64,000 nt of DNA from the NCBI GenBank assembly GCA_963667725.2, contig CAXXHO010000003.1:2297766-2361765 (forward strand), given 5' to 3'. Made by a program: the position numbers and the translations under genes. The DNA is from Treponemataceae bacterium (lineage in GTDB: Bacteria; Spirochaetota; Spirochaetia; Treponematales; Rectinemataceae). Shown one piece after another: positions 20,299 through 30,845 of this stretch. The notes below the pieces were generated by a model. That model was not told where the DNA came from, did no database searches, and worked only from the letters and a program-made list of their open reading frames with translations. The number at the start of each line of letters is the position of its first letter. Within the stretch, counting starts at the first letter, position 1.

Positions 20299-21954
20299 TC
20301 AGCGTTCCTGGGCTTTTTCCACCATCTCGAAAATCGTGGGCATGAGCTGCTTCTTTCTCGAAAGGACGTCCTTCAGCATGTAGATTCCCTTCTTGGGTGA
20401 AGGATAATTCACGTAGTTGTAGAGATCGCTCTCGGCGTCGAGGAAGAGAATGCTCTCCAGCTTGGTGATGTCCGTCGCCATAAGGGCGGCGAGGTAGGAT
20501 CCCGTCTCGGCGCGCAGATGAGCGAGCCCCTCGAGAATCTCGGCGCCGCGATCCATGATCTCCGCCGTGCTCGTCAATTCGATCTGGCTTACCGAAAGCT
20601 TTTTCCCCGACGACTCGTACTCCTTCCTGTCCACTCTCACCATCTTGTCGGCTGGCAGACGCGCCGCTTCCGAAGCCGAGGTCATGATGTCGAGCCCCAC
20701 AGCCTCTATCGAAAGATCGGTAATGTTGGAAAGGTATTCGGCCATGTCCCTGTCGATATCAGTCGTCGTGGTGGATTTCAGGACCAGGGTGTCGGAGAGA
20801 ATGCCGCAGAGAAGGATGGAGGCGAATTGCTTCGTCAGCGGCGTATGGGTTTCCCTGAACATCGAGGCGACGATGGTGCTCGTGGATCCTACGACCTTGT
20901 TGATGAAGGTGATCGGATAGGGCGTGGAGAAGGAACCCAGCCGGTGATGGTCGATCACTTCCTGGATGCGGTAGTGGTCGATACCCTCGACGGCCTGCGA
21001 AAACTCGTTGTGATCGACCATGATCACTTCGATGTTGGCTTCCTTGATGAGATCGCCCTCGGTGAACAGCCCGATCACCTTCCCTTCATCGTCCACGACC
21101 GGCACCGACCTGCTCGGGGATTTGGCGATGGCCTGCTTCGCCGTCTTTATCCAGTCGCGGCGGCCAAGCGGAACTATCCCCTCGTCAGCCACCGTGATGA
21201 CCGGCGCCGAATAGAGCACAAGCAGCGACGTGGAAGAAGTGTCGTAGGGCGAGGTGAGGATGGAGACCCCTTTCTTTTCGGCGAGATCCTTCACTTCCTT
21301 GCAGGGCAGGATGCCGTTCGTGATAATGATGGCCTTCGCGCCCGCCTCCACGGCGATGCGCTGCGCGTCTTCCCTGTCGCCCACGAGGACGATCTTGTTG
21401 TCCGCCGGCTCGGCATGGATATAGTCCCGGAATTTTTCCGTGCTCAAGGCCACCACCACGATTCTGGCGTTGAACACCGTATCCTTGTCGAAGACGACGA
21501 GGGGCTGGGCTTTGATCGTCGCTATAAGGTGGGACAAGGATGTGGGGATCACTGCTTTATGGCGGGGATTGATCTTGGTGAGGATATTCTGCGCGAAGGC
21601 GCTGTAATGGAGCATGGCGCGGTACTTGCCCTGGGCGTCGACGATGGGCAGGACCTGGCGGTTGGCCTTTTCCATGATCGAAAGCGCTTCCCACAGCGGC
21701 ACCATCTCGTCGACGCAGACGGGAGCCTCGCCGAGATAGTAGTCGACCTTGGGAACGAGATCGGGTATGAATTCCGGGAGGGGAACATTGAATCGGTGAA
21801 AAATATACTCGGTCTGGGGATTGACCGCGCCGGCTCTTGCCGCGAGGGTGTTGCCGAAACCGAGGGCGCGTTTCAGGGCCGCGTAGGCTGAGGCCGAGAC
21901 GACGGAATCCGTGTCGGGGTTTTTGTGCCCGATGACATAGGTGATTTTTTCCAT
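20299..21954 (-). CDS. ppaC: Mn-dependent family II inorganic pyrophosphatase with CBS/DRTGG insert
   Basis: GHKNPDTDS, VDHNE..QAV, IDHH, VGSTST, ILSDTL, SRKKQ. Confidence 0.93.
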   Translation of the reverse strand: MEKITYVIGHKNPDTDSVVSASAYAALKRALGFGNTLAARAGAVNPQTEYIFHRFNVPLPEFIPDLVPKVDYYLGEAPVCVDEMVPLWEALSIMEKANRQVLPIVDAQGKYRAMLHYSAFAQNILTKINPRHKAVIPTSLSHLIATIKAQPLVVFDKDTVFNARIVVVALSTEKFRDYIHAEPADNKIVLVGDREDAQRIAVEAGAKAIIITNGILPCKEVKDLAEKKGVSILTSPYDTSSTSLLVLYSAPVITVADEGIVPLGRRDWIKTAKQAIAKSPSRSVPVVDDEGKVIGLFTEGDLIKEANIEVIMVDHNEFSQAVEGIDHYRIQEVIDHHRLGSFSTPYPITFINKVVGSTSTIVASMFRETHTPLTKQFASILLCGILSDTLVLKSTTTTDIDRDMAEYLSNITDLSIEAVGLDIMTSASEAARLPADKMVRVDRKEYESSGKKLSVSQIELTSTAEIMDRGAEILEGLAHLRAETGSYLAALMATDITKLESILFLDAESDLYNYVNYPSPKKGIYMLKDVLSRKKQLMPTIFEMVEKAQER

Positions 21955-22035
21955 TGAGCGTCCAGTATAAAGCAGCGGCGCGGCTCTGGCAATCTTCTGA
22001 CCGCTGATTTATGCCATCGCCGCCGTAATGAAGCC

Positions 22036-23982
22036 TCAAGTCCGAGGCAGGCCGAACAGCACTATGGTACGGGCGGGCGCGATCGCCGGGGTCGATTCTC
22101 CCAACGGCGACTCGGTTTCCAGCACCTGGGTCCTGTCGGACAGATTAATGAGGCCGTGCAGCTCGCCGTCCCTGGAGAAGAAGCGGTAGATATCGGGGTT
22201 CGACAACGAATAGCGCTCAACGCCGAAATCCCTGGTCCCCAGCTTTTCGAAAAGGGCGAGCAGTTCGCGCGTGAACTCGGGCTCGGAGAGACCGCCGGCT
22301 TCGGCGCCCGCGGCATGTGTGGCATTAGCGCTACCGCCCGCGGCTTCGGCGCGCTCCACGCCGAACTCCGAAGGATCATCCGACATGAGAAGCTGCGACG
22401 CGAACATCCGCCCCGCAAGGCCGATGAGGAACTTTTCGTTATCGACCAACGTTGTTTTTCTGGTGCGGCAGAAAATAACGTCGGGATCGTTGAGAAGGAG
22501 GGTTCCGTCGAGGAAGGACCGCGCGAGCGTGTGGCTGATATTAACCTTGGCCGAAGGCCTTCCCTGGTGGCCGATGAGCTTTAGGAGCGGCCAATCCCAA
22601 TGTTCCCTCGTGTCGGCGCCGACGCGCATCAGCGGCATGAGCGGCGCCGTGCTCTCCACGGGAGCCCCGCAGGAGAGCCACGCGACCGGCCGGCCATCCT
22701 TCGCGCGCTTCATAGACGTTATGCGTTTCAATACGCGGACATAGTGTTCCCAATGCCCGCCCGGCAGGCCCGCGTGAATGCCGCGTAGCATGCCAGCATA
22801 CAGGAAATCGAGCTTGAGGTAGCGAAAACCCCACTCGTTGACTATGGCGTCGAAAAGACCGACGAGATACTCTTCGACATCGGGAAGCGAGAGATCGAGA
22901 CAATAGACATCGCCGCCCCAGCCAGGATTCCATCCGGCGAGCACAAGCTTGCCCCTTGAGTCCCGCAGCAGCCACTCGGGATGCTCGCGCGCCGCGGCGC
23001 TTTCGGGCATGACGAGGAATGGCGCCACCCACAATCCGGGGATGAAACCTTTCTCCGTTATGCGGCCCGCGAGCGGCGCGACGCCATTCGGGAATTTCGC
23101 CGCGTCGGGAATCCAGTCGCCGACGCGTTTTTCCCAACCGTCGTCGATCTGAAATACAACCGGTTTCCCCTTTTTAAGGAACATGACATTCATGAGATTG
23201 TCGTTCTCGCCCAAGGCATCGAGATCGCGAAGAATGATGCCCTCGTCGATGGCGAGGTAATGATTGTACCAGGTTTCGAATCCGCCGATAGGTTCGCGCA
23301 TCGCGACGTTTCCGCCCAGGAAGGAAAGTTCCCCGAAGCGGCCGGCCGCGCCAAAGAGCTTCGCCAACCTATCTTTGAGGCCGAAATAGCCCGACGCGGG
23401 TATGATCGCGATGCGCGCCACGACCTCACCCGCGCGGAATGATCCGCCTTCGGCGAAAACGGCGATCCTCAGGCTTTTCGATCCGACGAAAAATGTGACC
23501 GGGGGGAGAACTCGGCTTCTATCGGCGGTGGCGTTATGCGAAACCAATGCAAGCCTCGCGTTTCCGGCGCGCAGGACGACAAAAAAATGCGAGACCATAT
23601 CGGGCTTCCATGAACCAAGAAGGCTGCGGCGGCCATTTCCAGCCAGAGCCTGAACCGCCTTCTCCGCCGGATGGTCGACAAAAAGATTCAGGGAAGGTTT
23701 CAGGATTGCCCGCCTCGGACGCTCGTTCCACCGCAGCTCACCCGAGAAGGACCAGGACTGCCAGCCGTTGACGAGGACAAGCCTCGAGCGGGCATCGGCA
23801 AAATCCCCCGACTCGCATAGTTCTTCTATGGGTATATCGGCCACGACCTGCATAGGTGAATCAGCGGTAAAGTCGCGCGCGCAGCGCAGGACCAGGAATA
23901 TGGCGCCCGCGGCATCGGCGCCCGAGCTGTCTGCGCCCGCAGCCTCGCGCTCGTATCGTTTTTCGAAATCGATGGCATCCAT
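22036..23982 (-). CDS. Glycoside hydrolase family 36 (alpha-galactosidase-like)
   Basis: NGWQSWS, FQIDDGW, FPNG, PGLWVAPF, YLKLDFLY, LSCGAP, MRVGAD, NDPDV. Confidence 0.85.
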   Translation of the reverse strand: MDAIDFEKRYEREAAGADSSGADAAGAIFLVLRCARDFTADSPMQVVADIPIEELCESGDFADARSRLVLVNGWQSWSFSGELRWNERPRRAILKPSLNLFVDHPAEKAVQALAGNGRRSLLGSWKPDMVSHFFVVLRAGNARLALVSHNATADRSRVLPPVTFFVGSKSLRIAVFAEGGSFRAGEVVARIAIIPASGYFGLKDRLAKLFGAAGRFGELSFLGGNVAMREPIGGFETWYNHYLAIDEGIILRDLDALGENDNLMNVMFLKKGKPVVFQIDDGWEKRVGDWIPDAAKFPNGVAPLAGRITEKGFIPGLWVAPFLVMPESAAAREHPEWLLRDSRGKLVLAGWNPGWGGDVYCLDLSLPDVEEYLVGLFDAIVNEWGFRYLKLDFLYAGMLRGIHAGLPGGHWEHYVRVLKRITSMKRAKDGRPVAWLSCGAPVESTAPLMPLMRVGADTREHWDWPLLKLIGHQGRPSAKVNISHTLARSFLDGTLLLNDPDVIFCRTRKTTLVDNEKFLIGLAGRMFASQLLMSDDPSEFGVERAEAAGGSANATHAAGAEAGGLSEPEFTRELLALFEKLGTRDFGVERYSLSNPDIYRFFSRDGELHGLINLSDRTQVLETESPLGESTPAIAPARTIVLFGLPRT

Positions 23983-24078
23983 CTCCGCCTACCTCTCGTG
24001 ATCGGGAGCGCCGGGCCTTCATCAAGGTGGCGCCGATGGGATATAGTAACACCCACACGATATTCGAGGAATCACGGA

Positions 24079-24651
24079 ATGATCAGACTTTACGCTTTCC
24101 TTGGCAATTACGGAAAAGAATACTCAGGCAACAGGCATAACGTGGCGTGGCAGTTCCTCGACTCCCTCCGGCTGAAGGGCGACCTTTCCTGGGAACACAA
24201 GTACAAAGGCAGAGTGGCGTCCAAGGAGATAGGAGGCGAGCGCGTCTGGTTCCTCATGCCCGAAACCTACATGAACAATTCGGGCGAAAGCATCGGCGAC
24301 CTGATGCGCTTCTACAGGATGGAACCGTCCGAAGTGCTCGCGATCCACGACGACCTGGAGATGGCCTTCGGAACTTTCGGCTTCAAGTTTTCGGGAGGCC
24401 TGGGTGGCCACAACGGCCTCCGCTCCATGGAAAAGCACCTGGGCACCCGTGATTTCGCGCGCCTGCGCTTCGGGATCGGCAGGCCCGACCATAGCGACGT
24501 AGCGGGATACGTCCTCTCAGACTTCAAAAAGGACGAGAAGGAAATCCTGGACACGGCCGTTTTCCCGCGCGCCGAAAAAGCCCTGCAGGAATGCCTGGAC
24601 AAGGGTTTCGAGGGCATGGCGGAGCAGTACAAGAAAGTCCTCTGCCTCTGA
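24079..24651 (+). CDS. pth: Peptidyl-tRNA hydrolase
   Basis: LGN.G.EY..NRHNV, PETYMNNSG, HDDLE, GGHNGLRS, RLRFGIGRP. Confidence 0.96.
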   Translation: MIRLYAFLGNYGKEYSGNRHNVAWQFLDSLRLKGDLSWEHKYKGRVASKEIGGERVWFLMPETYMNNSGESIGDLMRFYRMEPSEVLAIHDDLEMAFGTFGFKFSGGLGGHNGLRSMEKHLGTRDFARLRFGIGRPDHSDVAGYVLSDFKKDEKEILDTAVFPRAEKALQECLDKGFEGMAEQYKKVLCL

Positions 24652-24694
24652 CTTCGCCGTGACGGCGGCGCCGGAATGGCGCCGCCGCGGCAAT

Positions 24695-25570
24695 CTAGAA
24701 AATCAGCGAATCCAGCCTCTTGTCGTCATGTTTCCATGAGGAATCCACGCGTACCTGGAGCCTGAGCTTGACCGTATAATCGAAAATATCCGCGAGGTCG
24801 GCCTCGGCTTCCTCGCGGATTTTCTTTATCAGCGATCCTCCCTTGCCGATCACGATCCCCTTCTGGCTTTCGCGCTCCACCACGATATCGTAGGAAGCCT
24901 CCAGGCCGCCGTCCTCCAGCTTGCGCGAATCGGTGAACTCGACGAAAAGCGCGTGAGGCAATTCTTCCCTCGTATGCATGATCGCTTTTTCCCTGATGAT
25001 CTCGGCGATGCGGAAAACCGGTTCCTGGTCCGTGTAGTACTCTTCGGGATACCAGGTCGGCCCCTCAGCAGCCTTGTCCAGAAGGAAGTCAAGAAGTTCC
25101 TCGAGCCCCAGCTTTTCCTTCGCGGAGATCCGCAGCACGGGAACCTTGGGAAGATGCTCGGCCACGAAAGCTATGGCGCGTTCCGGCAGGGCCTCGGCAT
25201 CGTCCACCTTGTTCACCACGGCGACAAGAGGAAGCTTCGAGCCCGCCAGAGCCTTGACCATGGCTTCCTCTTCGGGCCCAGGCTCCCGCGTCGCGTCGAT
25301 GATGTAGACGACGATGTCGGCGTCGCCCAGGGCGCGAAGCACGAGATCCCTGAGCCGCAGATTGAGTTTCTTGTCCGAGATATGGAAGCCCGGCGTATCG
25401 AGGAAAACAAGCTGGCCAGCCGGCCTGTTCACTATGCCGCGGACCGTGTTCATCGTCGTCTGGGGCACCGGCGACACGATCGAGACCTTGGCGCCGCAGA
25501 GGGCGTTCAGCAAGGTGGATTTGCCCGAGGAGGGCCTTCCCACGATCGCCACAAAAGCTGATTTGGACAT
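24695..25570 (-). CDS. era: GTPase Era
   Basis: VAIVGRPSSGKSTL, PQTT, DTPG, NKVD, EIIREK, SQKGIVIGKGG. Confidence 0.97.
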   Translation of the reverse strand: MSKSAFVAIVGRPSSGKSTLLNALCGAKVSIVSPVPQTTMNTVRGIVNRPAGQLVFLDTPGFHISDKKLNLRLRDLVLRALGDADIVVYIIDATREPGPEEEAMVKALAGSKLPLVAVVNKVDDAEALPERAIAFVAEHLPKVPVLRISAKEKLGLEELLDFLLDKAAEGPTWYPEEYYTDQEPVFRIAEIIREKAIMHTREELPHALFVEFTDSRKLEDGGLEASYDIVVERESQKGIVIGKGGSLIKKIREEAEADLADIFDYTVKLRLQVRVDSSWKHDDKRLDSLIF

Positions 25571-25599
25571 TTTTTCTCCCGAATCTCTTCGATTCTCTT

Positions 25600-27105
25600 T
25601 CAATAACAACCCTGGGGCGGCATTTCGCCCATCCAGCGCCTGTACTGACCGGCGGCCTGGTAGCGGAGCATCTTGTAGCCGTTCGAAACCCTGCAGCCCG
25701 CCTGCTCCGCCCTCGTGACCAAAACCGTCTTCACTGGTCTGTAGATGAGGTCAAAAACCATTTCATGACCGTCGAACTCATAGAACTCGAGGGGATCGCC
25801 CGGGATTCCGCCCGTCATGCCCACGCTCGTCGCCTGGATGATCAGATCCGAAAAGTTGCTCACGACATCGATGGACCTGTCGTCGAGAGGACCCCATATA
25901 AAACCGTATTTCCTCGCGAGGGCCCTCGCGGTCGAAATCGTCCGGTTGAGGATCACGCAGGCGGCTCCCCTGCGGTGAAGCGAAAGCGCCACCGACTTGG
26001 CCGCTCCGCCCGCGCCGATCAAAGTCACCTTCATGCCCTTGAAATCCTCCCTGCCCAGAAACTCGAGGGCGCTGAGCTCGAAGCCATCGGCGTCGGTATT
26101 GTAGCCGGCCCATCCCCCGCCGCTCGTGATGAGCGTATTGCAGGCGCCAATCCGCTGCACGTCGGTGGACTCGAAGGAAAGGTAAGGCAGGACGTCTTCC
26201 TTGAGAGGGACGGTGATGGCGGCTCCCTTAATGCCAAGAAGCTTCATGTTATTGAGCGCGGACTCTATCGATTCCGAAGGCAGAGGAAATAGCAGAGCGT
26301 CTTTCCCCATGGTCCTGAAAGCGGTGTTGTGGAGAGCTGGCGAAAGCGAATTCAGGATGCTCTTTCCGCCGAGCAGGGCGTAGAGTGTCGTATCCTTCCC
26401 CGTTTCCTTTCCGCGGTAGGTATCGATGAAGGCTTCAGGCGTGGTCTCCCCCGGGCCGGCGAAAGGCATGTCGGCCAAGCCAAGGCTGGTATAGGTGAAG
26501 AGCGAACCAAGGCTCTGGGCGAGGACTCTGGTGGCCAGCCCGTATTCCCCCATGCCGATGATGAGCCGCTCCCGGGGAGGAAGCCCGATCATCCAGGCAA
26601 GAAGCCGGTACAAATCGGAAGCGTTACGCGGCGTCACGGCCAGTTTGGGGATTTCGTCATCTTCCTCGGCGAGGGGCTCCCAGGCGGCGTCGAGATCGTC
26701 GGGCATGCCGTCGAGGTAATGCCGCGAACGGATGATCCTCGTGCCGAAGGTGCGGCAGGCTTCCTCTATCGCCGTCATATGAAAATCTTCCTCGAGATCC
26801 ACATAGGCGAAATTGGCGCTCGTGTCGGAGCGGGCATAGGAGAGAGCCTTCGCGATCATGACGAGGCGAACCCCCTCGCCTTCCTCGAAGTAACCGCCGT
26901 CGCTACGCCTTCGCACCGTCAGGATGCAGGGCAGACCAGCCTTTTCGGGAAATGATCGCAGGAGAAATTTTTCCGAAGGATCGAGACAGTCGGCTCTCAG
27001 TTCGACAAGATCGACGCTCGCGCGATGGGCATCGAGGGCCGCGAGATCGGCCTCGATCGTTTTACCGGTGAGACAGAGGCAAACCGGAAAAGATTCCAAC
27101 GACAT
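25600..27105 (-). CDS. aroDE: Bifunctional type I 3-dehydroquinate dehydratase / shikimate dehydrogenase (AroD-AroE fusion)
   Basis: N-half ELRAD, ILTVRR..DGG, SRH, IPKLA, MGEYG..TR; C-half SLSPALHN, TVPLKE, GACNT, GYNTD, GAGGAA, DLIY. Confidence 0.9.
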   Translation of the reverse strand: MSLESFPVCLCLTGKTIEADLAALDAHRASVDLVELRADCLDPSEKFLLRSFPEKAGLPCILTVRRRSDGGYFEEGEGVRLVMIAKALSYARSDTSANFAYVDLEEDFHMTAIEEACRTFGTRIIRSRHYLDGMPDDLDAAWEPLAEEDDEIPKLAVTPRNASDLYRLLAWMIGLPPRERLIIGMGEYGLATRVLAQSLGSLFTYTSLGLADMPFAGPGETTPEAFIDTYRGKETGKDTTLYALLGGKSILNSLSPALHNTAFRTMGKDALLFPLPSESIESALNNMKLLGIKGAAITVPLKEDVLPYLSFESTDVQRIGACNTLITSGGGWAGYNTDADGFELSALEFLGREDFKGMKVTLIGAGGAAKSVALSLHRRGAACVILNRTISTARALARKYGFIWGPLDDRSIDVVSNFSDLIIQATSVGMTGGIPGDPLEFYEFDGHEMVFDLIYRPVKTVLVTRAEQAGCRVSNGYKMLRYQAAGQYRRWMGEMPPQGCY

Positions 27106-27323
27106 GCAATACTTCCTTTCTGATATCGGCCGGAATTTCCTGGTTCGGGGCCGTTATCCCAATGCTCTCGTTCATTCTACTCCATAGGCGCCGCCGCCGG
27201 CTACCGCTCGATTCCGGCGGCGCGGCGCTTTAAATCTCCGGAAATCCCCGCTTATCTGCTTGTCCTGATTGTATCTTTGCTGCACAATGTATCCACTTCG
27301 CGTCACGGTTTAAGGAGAACCAT

Positions 27324-27929
27324 GTGCCAACTGAATCAGCACCGAACAAAATACCCGAGGAAGCCCTGAACGCTTTCCTCGACGGCATCCTCGAAGAACT
27401 CAAGTCTCCGCCCGACCCCGCCATTCTCACAAAGGTACGGTCGATTTTCCGGAAGCGCATCCCTCTCAATATGCGCTCCTACGCGGCGGCCCTTCTCATC
27501 CTGCGAGCCGCGGGAATAACGAGGAATCAGCCTCCAAAGACCATCGCCGCTTCCGCCAAAGCGCTGAGGGAATCCACGCCTCCGCGAGCGCCCAAGCCCG
27601 CGACGCCGGCAGACCTCGCCGAGAAGGCGAAGCCTATCATCCGGAAAAACGCCGAAGGCATGGTGCCCCTCTTCGTATCGATGGGAAAACGCCAGCGCCT
27701 CCGCCCCCAGGAACTGAGAACCCTCATCAGCGAAAAGACAGGTCTCACCAACGACGAACTCGGCAGGGTCCATCTCTTCGACAATTATTCCTTCATCGAT
27801 GTTCCCGAAATCCACGCGGAAAAAATCATCGGAGCCTGCGACGGATCGAACTTCAAGAACAGGACGATAGAGATCAAACCGGCTAAAAAGCGCGGCGACC
27901 AACCCGAGGAAAAGGAACAGAAAGAGTGA
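27324..27929 (+). CDS. Stand-alone DbpA RNA-binding-domain protein
   Basis: C-terminal LFVSMGKRQRLRP..LGRVHLFDNYSFIDVP; no helicase core. Confidence 0.8.
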   Translation: MPTESAPNKIPEEALNAFLDGILEELKSPPDPAILTKVRSIFRKRIPLNMRSYAAALLILRAAGITRNQPPKTIAASAKALRESTPPRAPKPATPADLAEKAKPIIRKNAEGMVPLFVSMGKRQRLRPQELRTLISEKTGLTNDELGRVHLFDNYSFIDVPEIHAEKIIGACDGSNFKNRTIEIKPAKKRGDQPEEKEQKE

Positions 27930-28570
27930 TTTCTCGCATCGAGCGCCTCCGCGTCGGACCTATCGGCGAAAATGTCTATGCCGTACAGACGAAGGAAAGC
28001 GGTTTCCTTGTCGATCCCGGCGACGATCCCGAGGCGATTATACGGTTCCTGTCCGAAAAGGAAATCAAGATTTCATTCATTGTCCTCACCCACGGTCATC
28101 TGGACCACACGGCGGCGATTCCCGAACTCATGGACGCATGGAGCGGGGATCTTCCCGGGATAGCCATCCACAGTCTTGACGCGGTTTACTTGGGCGACAG
28201 GGGCGAGGAAACAAATCGCGTCCTTTTCGACACCATCGGCGTGCCAAGCTTTTTTCATGGCTACTGGAAGAAACTGCCCGAGCCGACTCTCCTGCTTTCC
28301 GAGGGCGACACGATACCGGGAACAGGCTTCCGGGTACTGCATACGCCTGGGCACAGCGCCGGTTCCATTTGCCTTCACGACAGCGACTCGGGCCAACTCA
28401 TTTCGGGAGATACGCTTTTCAGGGATGGAGTCGGACGGACCGACGGACCGGATTCGGATCCTGTCGCCCTGAGAAAAAGCCTCGAGCGGCTCGCACTGCT
28501 CCCCCCCGAGACCGTCGTTTTCCCCGGCCACGGCCCGCGCACCACGATAGGCCGGGAACTGTCTCGCTGA
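27926..28570 (+). CDS. MBL-fold metallo-hydrolase (glyoxalase II-like)
   Basis: THGHLDH, HTPGHS.GS, SGDTLF..GVGRTD, PGHG. Confidence 0.92.
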   Translation: MISRIERLRVGPIGENVYAVQTKESGFLVDPGDDPEAIIRFLSEKEIKISFIVLTHGHLDHTAAIPELMDAWSGDLPGIAIHSLDAVYLGDRGEETNRVLFDTIGVPSFFHGYWKKLPEPTLLLSEGDTIPGTGFRVLHTPGHSAGSICLHDSDSGQLISGDTLFRDGVGRTDGPDSDPVALRKSLERLALLPPETVVFPGHGPRTTIGRELSR

Positions 28571-28599
28571 GACAGTCCATCATTGAAGAGGTACATAGC

Positions 28600-29616
28600 A
28601 TGAAAGGTTTCCTTGTCGCGGCGATGGCCGTCATTCTTTTTTCGGCCTGCGCTCCCGCCGCCCAAAGCGAAATAACCCGCACCGATTTCGTGCTGGGAAC
28701 GGTCTGCTCGGTAAGGCTCATCGAAGGCGGCTCGAAGAAAACCACCGACGAGATTTTCCAGCGGCTTGCCGAGATTGAAAACAGAATGAGCGCCAACAAG
28801 GACGGCACCGAGATCGCCGCCATCAACGATGCGGCGGGCAAGGAAGCCATCAAAGTGTCCGAGGACACTTTCTACGTCATCTCCAAAGGCATCGAATACG
28901 CGAAACTTTCGCAGGGGATGTTCGACATCTCCGTCGGCCCGCTTTCCAAACTATGGAACATTGGCACCGATTATGCCGCCGTGCCGCCGAACAGCGAGAT
29001 CGCCTCAGCCCTGAAACTCATCGATTACAGAAAAATCGAACTCGACGCGAAGAACTTCGAGGTCAGGTTGGCGACGGCTGGAATGCGGCTGGATTTGGGA
29101 GCGATCGCGAAGGGATATTCGGCCGACGAAGTGGCGAGAATCCTGGCTAAACATAGAGTGAAGGCCGCCGTCGTGGACTTAGGTGGCAATGTCCTCGTCT
29201 ACGGCAGGAAAAAAGACGGCTCGGCCTGGCGCGTCGGCGTCCAGGACCCCCGCTCGGAAAGAGGCGACTATCTCGGCCTCGTCACGGGAACGGCCATGAC
29301 CGTCGTGACATCGGGCATCTACGAGCGCTTCTTCATCGAAGACGGCAAGCATTACCATCATATTCTGAGCCCCAAGACAGGCTTTCCCGTCAACAACGGC
29401 CTCGTCTCGGTATCCATCATCGCCGAAAAGAGCATCGACGCCGACGCGCTTTCGACATCGGTCTTTGCCCTGGGTCTGGAAAAGGGCATGGCCCTCGTAA
29501 AAAGCCTGCCTGGAATCCACGCCATTTTCATCGACGATGAGAACAAGGTATATCTCAGCCCGGGGACGAACAAGATTTTCAGTCTATCGAATTCGGCCTA
29601 TACGTTGAGCGATTGA
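28600..29616 (+). CDS. apbE: FAD:protein FMN transferase lipoprotein (ApbE/Ftp)
   Basis: Lipobox ILFSAC; FDISVGPL..LW, DLGAIAKGY, DLGGN, TSGIYER, YHHIL.P.TG, ADALST; start ATG 28600. Confidence 0.95.
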   Translation: MKGFLVAAMAVILFSACAPAAQSEITRTDFVLGTVCSVRLIEGGSKKTTDEIFQRLAEIENRMSANKDGTEIAAINDAAGKEAIKVSEDTFYVISKGIEYAKLSQGMFDISVGPLSKLWNIGTDYAAVPPNSEIASALKLIDYRKIELDAKNFEVRLATAGMRLDLGAIAKGYSADEVARILAKHRVKAAVVDLGGNVLVYGRKKDGSAWRVGVQDPRSERGDYLGLVTGTAMTVVTSGIYERFFIEDGKHYHHILSPKTGFPVNNGLVSVSIIAEKSIDADALSTSVFALGLEKGMALVKSLPGIHAIFIDDENKVYLSPGTNKIFSLSNSAYTLSD

Positions 29617-30527
29617 ACCTCAGAGGCTTTTTCGGCCAGGGGCCTCGGCTCCAGGGCGATCAGCTTCAGTTTCAGGAAACACCAGGGGCCCCCGTAGGCG
29701 ACCCAGAAACCGATGATGCCGTAGCGCAGAAAACGGATCAGCGGTTGCTGGGTACCGAGGGATTCGCCCAGAATCAGCTTGGGCCCAAGATAGAGAACGA
29801 CGAGTCCGACAATGCCCACGACATAGCGGGTGATTTTTTGCGTCAGCGCGCCGCCGGCCTTGAAGCGGAGATTCTTGCTGGCCAGGGCGAAGCCGGCGGC
29901 GCTTCCGAAGAAAGCCCCCGAGAGAAGCGTGTCGGAGGGCATGAGCAGATTCATCAGAAGCGAGACGGCCGAAACGGCTACTAGCCTTTGCCGGAGATTC
30001 AACTTGCCGAGCGCGCTTTCGATCCTGGCGCTGAAACCGTAGTATAATCCGAGGACTATTCCCCCGAGCAGCCAACCGCCCAGAAGATCGGTGGGAAAAT
30101 GGACGCCGAGATACAGCCGGGAAAGCCCGACAACGAGGGGAAGCGTCAGGACGAGAAAGATGCCGACAACCCGCGGAAGAAGGGGCATCATGGCTCCCCA
30201 GAAGGTAATGCTCATCTGCGCATGTCCGGAGGGCAGGCCGAAGGTGTTTTCCCGGAGAAGACCGACTGTAGAATCAAAATCATAGGGGCGGGGCTGTTTG
30301 AAGAGGATTTTGCACCAAAGATTGAGGAAAGCGGAAAATAAAACCGCTATGCCTATCCGGGCGCCTTTTTTCCTATCTACGCACCAGTAGATGAGAGGAA
30401 GCGCGGCAAGCGCGAAAAATTCAGACCCCAAAATAGTGACCATCCGCATCGGCACCAACATGGCAGGACCGAAAAAATTCTGCACGCCCCGGACAAAATC
30501 CAATCCCCACGATAATACTGGGCTCAC
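29598..30527 (-). CDS. PAP2-family membrane phosphatase
   Basis: K..FKQPRP, PSGHAQ, SRLYLGVHFPTD. Confidence 0.92.
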   Translation of the reverse strand: MSPVLSWGLDFVRGVQNFFGPAMLVPMRMVTILGSEFFALAALPLIYWCVDRKKGARIGIAVLFSAFLNLWCKILFKQPRPYDFDSTVGLLRENTFGLPSGHAQMSITFWGAMMPLLPRVVGIFLVLTLPLVVGLSRLYLGVHFPTDLLGGWLLGGIVLGLYYGFSARIESALGKLNLRQRLVAVSAVSLLMNLLMPSDTLLSGAFFGSAAGFALASKNLRFKAGGALTQKITRYVVGIVGLVVLYLGPKLILGESLGTQQPLIRFLRYGIIGFWVAYGGPWCFLKLKLIALEPRPLAEKASEVQSLNV

Positions 30528-30711
30528 CGCTGCACTCTCCCCCGGATCGGCTTTCGCGTAGTACGCTGAAATATTATTTTAAACGCTGGAACGGCGGGCC
30601 GCAAGCCAATACTTTGCTTCCTGGCTCAACTTTTTGGGATTATCGCGCGGTAAGATCGAAATATCGTCTATATTGACTAGGCCTGGTTATTATAGTACAA
30701 GTTTCCCCTGA

Positions 30712-30794
30712 GCCGGCATGGTGAAATGGCATACACGGTAGACTCAAAATCTGCTGCTCGCGAGGGCGTGTGGGTTCAAGTCCCACTGCCGGCA
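30712..30794 (+). tRNA. tRNA-Leu(CAA), CCA not encoded
   Basis: Acceptor stem GCCGGCA/TGCCGGC, anticodon arm GTAGA-CTCAAAA-TCTGC, long variable arm, T-arm GTGGG-TTCAAGT-CCCAC. Confidence 0.97.
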
Positions 30795-30799
30795 TAAGG

Positions 30800-30835
30800 G
30801 CTGTCTGCCGTACATCGGCAGACAGCTTTTTTTTT
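30800..30835 (+). terminator. Intrinsic terminator after tRNA
   Basis: GCTGTCTGCCG-tacat-CGGCAGACAGC-T9. Confidence 0.92.
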
Positions 30836-30845
30836 ACGAATCGAT

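Noticed and set aside
24655..24692. GC-rich hairpins at about 24663-24690 and 27188-27228 as a REP family
   Set aside because: They share only low-complexity CGCCG runs; more simply a convergent-gene hairpin and chance
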